A stretch of DNA of 16,032 bases, from the NCBI GenBank assembly GCA_964504205.1, contig CAZDDE010000018.1, forward strand, positions 1 to 16,032, in the 5' to 3' direction. Below, piece after piece: positions 8,214 to 14,934 of this stretch (its first letter is position 1; the number at the start of each line of letters is the position of its first letter). The notes under the pieces were generated by a model that worked only from the letters and a program-made list of their open reading frames with translations, did not search any database and was not told the DNA's origin. The position numbers were made by a program, and so were the translations under genes. The stretch is from an uncultured Candidatus Saccharibacteria bacterium (GTDB lineage: Bacteria > Patescibacteriota > Minisyncoccia > Spechtbacterales > HO2-43-30).

Positions 8214-8464
8214 TTTATTACTCGCTAGCCGCGCGAGCTTCGTCCCGCGACGCGGGACTCGCTCTTGCGGGCGAGTAATAAAAAAGAGCACCAAGATTAA
8301 CTCTCGCAGATAAGTCCGATAGGAATCGGACCTCCGCAAGGAGGTTTGACTTAAAAGGTCTTGCTATTAAAAGCTAATAGAATCGGCCATCTCTGCGGTT
8401 GCAGAGCGCGGCGATCGTTCCCGACCTAAAAGCTCCTAGATTAAGTGCTCTGATGCTCTTTTTT
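8214..8464 (+). ncRNA. Candidate structured RNA of unknown class (nested hairpins; strand assignment tentative)
   Basis: No ORF is present. A 12-bp outer stem, tttattactcgc (8214..8225) with gcgagtaataaa (8271..8282), encloses a GC-rich hairpin with apex gtcccg-cgacg-cgggac. An 11-bp long-range stem, aaaaaagagca (8280..8290) with tgctctttttt (8454..8464), encloses four hairpins. These are gtccgat-agga-atcggac (8314..8331), cctcc-GCAA-ggagg (8331..8344), ctatta-aaagc-taatag (8364..8380) and ctctgc-ggtt-gcagag (8391..8406). The plus strand is preferred because of the GNRA-type GCAA loop and the trailing T-run. Confidence 0.35.
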
Positions 8465-8689
8465 ATCCCTCCGATTTGAATCAGAGGGAAATATGGGGGG
8501 GATGAAAGAACTTCTTATCTCTATGCTAATCCGAGCCCAAAACCATGTCAAGTATTTTATATTTCTTAAATGAAACATAGTGTTGCATTTGTATTTACGA
8601 CTATTTCATATTGACCACACCAAGTTTCACAAAATATACAACGTGTTGCTAATTGAACAAATACGGCTTTATAGAGCCATACAAAGTAC

Positions 8690-8698
8690 TGTGGATAA
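8690..8698 (-). promoter_or_regulatory. Perfect DnaA box (TTATCCACA on the minus strand)
   Basis: The plus strand reads tgtggataa, the exact reverse complement of the 9-mer consensus. It lies in an AT-rich intergenic tract. Confidence 0.5.
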
Positions 8699-8784
8699 CT
8701 AATTCTACATTATCTGTTATTATCTAATAAGAACCACACTATTTCTATACTGAAATAACTTAATGAGTTTATTCTTGCCCAAAA

Positions 8785-9195
8785 GTGCCTAAAAACCGCA
8801 CTTTTCCCCAAGGTTATCCACACCCTATGAGAAACAAAACTCCTCGTGAGATGAAACAGCTTGGCGAGTACTTAAAGCGCATACGGCTTGATCTTGGCTT
8901 ATCCATGCATGAAGTCGCCCGGCGCACCTCGCTCAATCCAAGTTTTATATCTAAACTAGAAAGCGGCGCGGTTTTTCAAACCATCAGCGCACAAGCGCTT
9001 ATTGAGTTTTCAAGATGTTACAGTATGCCGGTCCAAACTATTCTTGAGCGCGCCGGACTTTTGCCGGAAAGCGAAGATGAACTCCCCGGCTTTGGCACCT
9101 ATTTACGCCTCAAATATAAAGCCCCGCAAGTTGCGGCACAGGAAATGGAAATTGCCTGGGAAATTGTGAAAAAAAAATACAGTATCAACAGTTAA
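8785..9195 (+). CDS. XRE-family helix-turn-helix transcriptional regulator
   Basis: The HTH_3-like segment is LGEYLKRIRLDLGLSMHEVARRTSLNPSFISKLESG. The ORF-track start is a GTG at 8785. The ATGs at 8827 (MRNK) or 8851 (MKQLGEYL) are more likely true starts. Confidence 0.8.
   Translation: MPKNRTFPQGYPHPMRNKTPREMKQLGEYLKRIRLDLGLSMHEVARRTSLNPSFISKLESGAVFQTISAQALIEFSRCYSMPVQTILERAGLLPESEDELPGFGTYLRLKYKAPQVAAQEMEIAWEIVKKKYSINS
8814..8822 (+). promoter_or_regulatory. Perfect DnaA box (TTATCCACA)
   Basis: ttatccaca is read directly. It sits 5 nt upstream of the in-frame ATG at 8827 of the HTH gene. Confidence 0.5.
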
Positions 9196-9198
9196 CAG

Positions 9199-9218
9199 TT
9201 GACAATTGACAATTGACG
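9199..9218. repeat. Tandem heptamer ttgacaa ttgacaa ttgacg
   Basis: Read directly, 3 nt after the HTH gene's stop codon. There are 2.8 copies of a unit containing the TTGACA hexamer. Confidence 0.8.
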
Positions 9219-9222
9219 TAGC

Positions 9223-9252
9223 AAAAAAAACGGCTGGAGACCGTTTTTATTT
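9223..9252. terminator. Bidirectional intrinsic terminator between convergent genes
   Basis: aaaaaaaacgg-ctggaga-ccgtttttatttt: stem aaaacgg/ccgtttt flanked by an A-run and a T-run. It lies between the 3' ends of 8785..9195 (+) and 9247..9864 (-). Confidence 0.6.
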
Positions 9253-9864
9253 TCTATTGATTATTCCTAATGGCTCCTCTTCCCCCCGCAGGAGCCGTTT
9301 TATATTGTTGCGATGCGTAAAGCAGAGAAACGCGCTAAAACCCAAGCCTATCAGAAACGCCCACGGCGACAGATATGATATGCCCAACCCAATAGGGATG
9401 CCGGGGCACAAGACAGCCAGATTAGTAAAAGACATAATAAATCTTTTCCGCAATTTTTGTTTCAAGAAAACAAATAACCAAATTGTAAGGACCACTGCGA
9501 AAACTTGCCAAGAAGCCAACAGCGCCATTCCTCCTACTATTGTACTGACACTCTTGCCTCCGCCCCTAAAACCAAGAAATACTGGATAGGCATGGCCGAA
9601 TGCGACGGCAAAAAGCACGGCCGCAGAAACCATCCAATTATGGCCGAGGAACAAAGCGGCGCCTACTGCCACTGTTCCTTTGGCCATATCCAGAGCCATG
9701 ACAAGCAAGCCCCACTTTAAGCCCAAAGCCCGCATTATATTTGTACCTCCGCTGGAGCCGCTGCCAACTTTGCCTATCTTAACTCCATGCACCGCGGCAA
9801 GAGTATATCCGAATGGTGCTGAACCGATCAGGTAACCAATCGCTAAAATGCCTATATACTCCAT
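9247..9864 (-). CDS. plsY: Glycerol-3-phosphate acyltransferase PlsY
   Basis: 205 aa membrane protein. The N-terminus LIGSAPFGY...GKVGSGSSGGTNIMRALG matches the PlsY GSGNxGxTN signature region. Confidence 0.85.
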   Translation of the reverse strand: MEYIGILAIGYLIGSAPFGYTLAAVHGVKIGKVGSGSSGGTNIMRALGLKWGLLVMALDMAKGTVAVGAALFLGHNWMVSAAVLFAVAFGHAYPVFLGFRGGGKSVSTIVGGMALLASWQVFAVVLTIWLFVFLKQKLRKRFIMSFTNLAVLCPGIPIGLGISYLSPWAFLIGLGFSAFLCFTHRNNIKRLLRGEEEPLGIINRK

Positions 9865-9867
9865 ACT

Positions 9868-11715
9868 CTAATCACCCCATTCCTCATACCAAGCGACTAA
9901 GAGCGCTGGACCAGTGTGCACGCCAACAACACGATTCAACTCTTCCATAAACAAAACCTCCCATCGTCCGTTGACGGCTTTGAAAACCTCAAACTCATGA
10001 AGCATGAGATAGAGTTTGTGCGCCTCTTCTTTGTCGCCGGCATAAGAAACTGCAAACCTTACCTTGCCGCACGGCTTCTTTTTGCCTTTATAAAATTCTA
10101 CAACTGTTTGCGTAAGCTCTGCCGCAAAGTAAGGAAGAAAGTCAAACCCAGCCTTTCTTATCTCTCCATTCTGCAAAGTCAGCTTTAGGCGAAAACCTAA
10201 TTTTTGGAATAAAGACGCAAACCGCGCTTTGACACTGCCTTGCTTCAGCCGTCCCCCGCGAATAAGGTATTCTATATCCCGTGCCAAGCCAAAAAGCTTA
10301 ATTCTGTGCTTTAGTTCGTTCATAGCGCCCAGAATCTCCAGCATCCCTTTTCTGGCCTGCGCCATTTCCATGGCCTTGTGCACCATCAGCGCCTGCCCGC
10401 AAGATGCCTGTCCGGAGTCAAAAACCAGAACTCTTTTTTGCATCTCTTCGTTCAACTCCGCGACAGACTGTAAAGCGCTGTTGTATGAGCCGGAAAGTTT
10501 GGACGAAATCGTTATCACAAATACTTCTTCGGCAATTTTCAGGGCTTTTTCTTCTATTCTCTCGCGAAATGCCTCCGGCGGAGGTTGTGCGGTTATCGGG
10601 TTAGTTTTTGCCCGCAAAATCTTGGAATAAATATCGCCCTCCATTTCGGCGCCCTCCGGAAAATCGAGCTCAAAAGGCACGGAATACACGCCATCTTTCA
10701 TTATATTCCATGGCAGTTCCACGCCATCTGTTACGATCCACACTTTCTTTTTTTTACCGCGCAACGCCTGAATTTCAAGACGCATATCAACAACCAGAAC
10801 ATCAAAGACGTCGCCGTATCTTTCAGCATAGCGCTGGACTTTCTCAACGTTATTGGTGTGCACATGCACCCGCCCCTGACTTAAATCATCCAGCCAGAAA
10901 AAGTCCTGCCGCACGCCAAGGTCAGCAAAGCCATTTTCAAACTCCTTACGCCTCGCGCGCTTATGAAGCTCAACGATGGCCTGAACTTCGTAGGGATAGT
11001 TTTGCAGTTCAGGGTCATTCGCATCAATATCGTCAACAAAAGATTCGACCCGTCCATGCAAGATATCCTCGACTAGTTCGGGCATCTTATCGCTAAAGAA
11101 ACCGTCGCGCAGACCGGCCAGCATCACCACAAAACCCATTGCTCCGGCATCAACCACATTCGCGTTTTTAAGGATGGCCATGCGCTCTTTGGTTTTGGGC
11201 AATTCCTCTGCGGCGCCTGAAACGGCCGCATCAAAAGTACCTAGTAAATCCTCGCTAGGTACAAGTTGAGCTGACATATACGCGGCTTTGATCACATCAA
11301 GCATCGTGCCCTCCACTGGGTTCTGCACAGATCGAAAAGCCGCCGCCATTCCCGCATCAAATGCCCTAAGCAGTGTCCCCGCGGAACAAGTCTCGCTATT
11401 GAAAATTTCCTTAAAAAATTTCTGAAGATAAGCCGCAGAGATTACTCCGGCGTTGCCTTGCGCTGAACGCAAAAGACCTTTTTCAAAATCCGCATAAAAG
11501 CTCACGATGCTCTTTTCGTCATTGCCATAGCTTTTGCTTTTGACGCGTCGAAACGCTCCTCTTAATCCAGAGAGCATATTATTCCCGGTGTCTTTATCTT
11601 TTACCGGAAAAACATTGATTGCGTTTATCTCGCCGCGCTTCTCGGCGAGATACTTCAACGCCCAAGCCAACATGCGCTTGCCAATTTCAGGTGTAATTTT
11701 TATTGCGTCGCTCAT
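9868..11715 (-). CDS. DAK2 (DhaL-like) domain fused to a DegV-like domain, YloV-type protein
   Basis: 615 aa. The N-terminal DAK2 signature is NVFPVKDKDTGNNM. The C-terminal half starts with VWIVTDGVELPW and resembles DegV-type fatty-acid-binding domains. An AGGAG SD lies upstream of the ATG. Confidence 0.75.
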   Translation of the reverse strand: MSDAIKITPEIGKRMLAWALKYLAEKRGEINAINVFPVKDKDTGNNMLSGLRGAFRRVKSKSYGNDEKSIVSFYADFEKGLLRSAQGNAGVISAAYLQKFFKEIFNSETCSAGTLLRAFDAGMAAAFRSVQNPVEGTMLDVIKAAYMSAQLVPSEDLLGTFDAAVSGAAEELPKTKERMAILKNANVVDAGAMGFVVMLAGLRDGFFSDKMPELVEDILHGRVESFVDDIDANDPELQNYPYEVQAIVELHKRARRKEFENGFADLGVRQDFFWLDDLSQGRVHVHTNNVEKVQRYAERYGDVFDVLVVDMRLEIQALRGKKKKVWIVTDGVELPWNIMKDGVYSVPFELDFPEGAEMEGDIYSKILRAKTNPITAQPPPEAFRERIEEKALKIAEEVFVITISSKLSGSYNSALQSVAELNEEMQKRVLVFDSGQASCGQALMVHKAMEMAQARKGMLEILGAMNELKHRIKLFGLARDIEYLIRGGRLKQGSVKARFASLFQKLGFRLKLTLQNGEIRKAGFDFLPYFAAELTQTVVEFYKGKKKPCGKVRFAVSYAGDKEEAHKLYLMLHEFEVFKAVNGRWEVLFMEELNRVVGVHTGPALLVAWYEEWGD

Positions 11716-11731
11716 AGTCTTTCACTCCTCA

Positions 11732-11777
11732 TTTTATCAAAAAACTATGCTTTTATTAGCATAGTTTTTTGATAAAA
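11732..11777 (-). terminator. Putative terminator hairpin downstream of 11791..13239
   Basis: Perfect 19-bp arms, ttttatcaaaaaactatgc (11732..11750) with gcatagttttttgataaaa (11759..11777), and an 8-nt loop. The stem is AT-rich and contains T-runs. Confidence 0.5.
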
Positions 11778-11790
11778 ACAATCTCTCATT

Positions 11791-13239
11791 CTATTTTAAT
11801 TTGTAGCTCGCAAAATCCGCTTTGTTAATAGTCTGCACTTCATCTTTACTGAAATTGAAGTCATTTTTGTAAAACGCGTCAATGTAGCTTATCTGCTGGA
11901 GAGTATCGCCGCTTATATAATAAAAGGATCCTTCGCCATCCACACGCACGAGGCGGGAATTTTTGTAATCGGCAAATTCTTTAAAGCTAATATCGGCAAC
12001 ATCATCCCAGCTTAAATTATAGCTTGAAAAAATCTCGGAGTTGCGGATATGTCGTATGTATCCGGCGTCGTTTAGCGCATAAACTTTGCCGCTGTAACTC
12101 ACAAGATTGTTGTATGGAATCAAATCAATGATACTTTGCGGCAAAATATATATGTCGCTTGCCTGCCCCGTCGCTTGCGGGGCCCCGCCGCGCAACCAGC
12201 GTTTTTTATTGTTGTGTATGTAATAAACTTTTTTATCTTCTTCGGATTGAATAAGCATGCCATTCGGGAAAGTGCTTGCCGCTTCAAACGCCGCAGTCCT
12301 TGCAACAATTTCCATTTTTTTATTCGCCGGATCAAGATTCAAGATAGCGAAACTTTTGTTGTTATCGGTTCTTAATTCCACGAAACGGTTGCGCGGATTA
12401 GCAACAAAGATTAAACTGTACTGTCCCGCCGGCAAATCCGTGATATCAAAATTTTGGCCGGCGATGTCGTACTCATAATCGTCGGCCCAACCGACCGACA
12501 GCCCCTGCCGATCCTTTGAACATTTTGGAAACTCCGGCTTCTTGGGGGCTCCGGGAAGGCCAAGGTTTATCTTCATTTCATCAAGAACGCAATACGATAC
12601 CTTTTCCTTCATTGTGGGAAGCTCTTCGGATCCATTTTCGTTAAGACGCGCCAAGATATAGTCCGCGAAATCGCTGTAATGATAATGATTATGCCCCTTC
12701 GCGTCGTGCCATTGGAAATTGCCGACTAATTTATCCCGGTATTCGCCATTTTCACGATAAATCCTATTGAAGACATCTGTACGTTCCTCCCCATCTATAA
12801 TTGAAGTCTTGCCAGGAAGAAGCTCGAGGGCGCCACGGCCCAGATTCCAAAAAGTTGTACTAAACATCAGCAGCAAACGCCCTTTGCTCTCTTTAAGATG
12901 CAGTTCGCGCGCGGGAAACACAACAAGATCAGGCAGTTTTTCTTCTTCTCCAGTCAAGATAACCGTTGAGCTTGCAGTTACTTTTTCCCCTTCGGCATAC
13001 CCTCCTAGTTTGCTTTTGGGCACAGTTTGCACTTCCTTCCATGGCAGAGCGTGCACCTTGAAAAGCTCTGGCGAATCAACCCAGTGCCGCTTACCGCCCT
13101 CGACATAATATACTTTGTAATCGCCTTCGGCGCGGATGAGAGATGCCGCAAGGTAAGAGATAAGTTTATCCTCAAGCGAAGTAATCGCAAAGATGTAGCT
13201 TGCTAGTAAAGTTATTACTAGAGCGAGAAGAGAACGCAT
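11791..13239 (-). CDS. Secreted lysyl-oxidase-like (LOX catalytic domain) protein flanked by about 45-aa surface-type repeats
   Basis: 482 aa with an N-terminal signal-like helix. Three segments align by eye to the animal LOX catalytic domain. [22 protein letters not shown] matches the copper site [30 protein letters not shown] matches [36 protein letters not shown] matches [28 protein letters not shown]. One N-terminal and three C-terminal repeats of the type KVYY(V/I)xxxKKRW(V/L) are also present. Confidence 0.75.
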   Translation of the reverse strand: [482 protein letters not shown]

Positions 13240-14618
13240 TAGAGTTTAGAGACGATATAAATTATTCCGGTTTTATCATCGGAAATATACAATTCTCCAG
13301 CCGGACCAAAGATAACATCAACTGGTCGGCCAAGTTTATCGCCGTTTGAAGCGAGCCATCCAGTGATAAAATCTTCCTCGCCAATTATGCTGTTCCCGGA
13401 AACATTCATCCGCACAATTTTGTAACCAGTTGGCACGGTTCGGTTCCAGGACCCGCGATACGCCACAAAAAGATCGCCTTGCCACGCACTTGGCAGTTGC
13501 GGACTATTGATAAACCGCAGGCCGATTGTCGCAGAATGCGCCTGGATATCATATAAACTTGAGGTTGTTGTTTCACAAAAAGTGGCGTCGTTGAAAGCAG
13601 GATCGGTCATTTTCTTGCCATAACATTTTGGCCAGCCGTAATTTTTGCCTTCACGGATAATATTTATTTCATCCGGCGGCAGGTTATCGCCGAGGTAATC
13701 ACGACCGTTATCAGTGCCCCATATTTCTCCAGTTGTTGGCTGAAAAACAAAGCCGACGGTATTGCGAAGTCCTGTAGCAAACACCCTATAGCCGGTGCCA
13801 TCGGGATTATATTCTAAAATCGCGGCACGACGGCTGTCTGATTCTGCACAAGTATTACAGGAAGACCCTACAGAAATATACATTTTTCCGCTCGGCGAAA
13901 AACCGATCGTGCGTGAAAGATGACTATCGTCGCCGCCGGCAGGCAAGTCATTTACTATAACCTCTCCCGCGCCGATGCCCGCGTTGCCAAGATAGGGATA
14001 GCGCGTGACCTTATCCTCTGAAACGATATACAAATAACTACTATAAAAAGCGATGCCGTGCGGCAAATCGTTCAGTCCCGAGAGTATCGTCTTTACTTCA
14101 TCTGTCTTGCCGTCTTTATTATTATCGGGCAAAGCGTAAACTTTTCCCCCGCCCTTGCCGCCGTAAAGCCCTTTCGTACTTGGCATCGTTACAAACAGAA
14201 TGTTATCTGGAGAAAACGCCATAAATCTTACCGGCCCTAAAGAACTTTGGTTAAAATTCCCAATCTTGAAGCCATCAGGCAACGCAAGCGGCAAGCCGGT
14301 TCCGTTGATCAATTTTGATGTTATGGGAGTAGACTGCGGTTTGGGGGTAACCGTTGGTGTCGGAGTGAAAGTTTGCGCAGAAGTTGGCTTTGGCTGTTTG
14401 GCTAATTGCCCGGACGCCGCAGGCTCTTTGGACGTTTCGCTCGCCGGCGTTTCAGCAACTTCTCTCGTTCGCACTTTCACATCACCGCTTGAAACAACCA
14501 TCTCTTGCTCCATCTTCTGCCAAGATATAAGCATAAGTCCCGCCGCGGCAATGGCGATTGAAAAAATAACAATTATCCCCTTTATAAATGCGAAATTGAT
14601 GGACGATTTTGAAAGCAT
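13239..14618 (-). CDS. PQQ-dependent sugar (glucose/sorbosone) dehydrogenase-like beta-propeller, membrane anchored with Pro/Thr-rich linker
   Basis: 459 aa. An N-terminal TM helix is followed by a low-complexity linker (PKPTSAQTFTPTPTVTPKPQSTP). Propeller motifs include LPHGIAF, GSSCNTC and the hallmark GKNYGWP. Its stop codon shares 1 nt with the downstream gene's start codon. Confidence 0.8.
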   Translation of the reverse strand: MLSKSSINFAFIKGIIVIFSIAIAAAGLMLISWQKMEQEMVVSSGDVKVRTREVAETPASETSKEPAASGQLAKQPKPTSAQTFTPTPTVTPKPQSTPITSKLINGTGLPLALPDGFKIGNFNQSSLGPVRFMAFSPDNILFVTMPSTKGLYGGKGGGKVYALPDNNKDGKTDEVKTILSGLNDLPHGIAFYSSYLYIVSEDKVTRYPYLGNAGIGAGEVIVNDLPAGGDDSHLSRTIGFSPSGKMYISVGSSCNTCAESDSRRAAILEYNPDGTGYRVFATGLRNTVGFVFQPTTGEIWGTDNGRDYLGDNLPPDEINIIREGKNYGWPKCYGKKMTDPAFNDATFCETTTSSLYDIQAHSATIGLRFINSPQLPSAWQGDLFVAYRGSWNRTVPTGYKIVRMNVSGNSIIGEEDFITGWLASNGDKLGRPVDVIFGPAGELYISDDKTGIIYIVSKL

Positions 14619-14624
14619 ACTTTT

Positions 14625-14652
14625 ATTATATCACAAGTGTATAACAAGCCAA
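14625..14652 (-). promoter_or_regulatory. Putative sigma70-type promoter with extended -10, positioned for a leaderless transcript
   Basis: The minus strand reads TTGGCT (14647..14652), a 16-nt spacer containing TGA, then TATAAT (14625..14630). The -10 hexamer ends only 6 nt before the ATG at 14618. Confidence 0.4.
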
Positions 14653-14864
14653 CAAAACAAAAAATCACCATCTCTGGTGTTTCTCGCTTCCCAACTCCTA
14701 TGATTAAAAAATTTCCTTCCCCCAAAATTAAAATATGGTTCGAGCCGATGTTTTTCTCCGGGTTCTTTTGCGGTTTTGGCCTCGCAAAGCGAGGCGACAA
14801 TTTTCTCCCTTCGGGAGATCTACCGAAGGTACGACAAGTTTTTTTCTGGCGGCAAATTCTTTTA

Positions 14865-14896
14865 CAAAAAAGGGGCTTAAGTTTCCTTAATGCCCC
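14865..14896 (-). terminator. Intrinsic terminator of 14935..15462
   Basis: The minus strand reads ggggc(a)ttaag-GAAA-cttaagcccc followed by tttttt. The hairpin is at 14872..14896 and the U-tract at 14865..14871. Confidence 0.7.
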
Positions 14897-14934
14897 ATAG
14901 GGAATAACCCTTTCGTTTAACTGTAATGAACTAC

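Noticed and set aside
8306-8400. RNase P RNA-like strings: agataagtccg resembles GAGGAAAGUCCG (CR-I) and atagaatcggcc resembles ACAGAAcCCGGCUUA (CR-V), in the correct order on the plus strand
   Set aside because: The two strings are only about 75 nt apart and nothing resembles the specificity domain or the GGUAAGAGC region. The P4 pairing between them is incomplete. GUCCGAU is already consumed by a perfect local 7-bp hairpin. I kept the region only as an unclassified structured RNA.
8466-8510. tRNA/tmRNA-like reading of the hairpin ccctccgatttgaatcagaggg (T-arm-like gatttgaatc) and the nearby gggggggatgaaag (tmRNA 5'-end-like)
   Set aside because: The loop does not fit the G-TTCRANN-C T-loop on either strand. 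There is no acceptor stem or CCA-adjacent pairing, no ggattcgac-type 5' motif and no convincing tag reading frame ending in hydrophobic residues.
9206-9589. Plus-strand 127-aa ORF starting in the heptamer repeat
   Set aside because: It is antisense to plsY, which has a clear family signature. It runs through the terminator hairpin and has a TTG start with no SD.
10229-11096. Several plus-strand ORFs (133, 66, 99 and 162 aa) opposite the DAK2/DegV gene
   Set aside because: They are shadow ORFs of a 615-aa gene with clear domain motifs and have Arg/Ser/Pro-biased composition.
14200-14900. Plus-strand ORFs of 167 aa and 87 aa, and a minus-strand 72-aa ORF, around the dehydrogenase gene start and the upstream spacer
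   Set aside because: The 167-aa ORF is antisense to the Pro/Thr linker region of a well-supported gene. The 87-aa and 72-aa ORFs run through the hairpin and terminator structures of the spacer and have no SD or recognisable motif.
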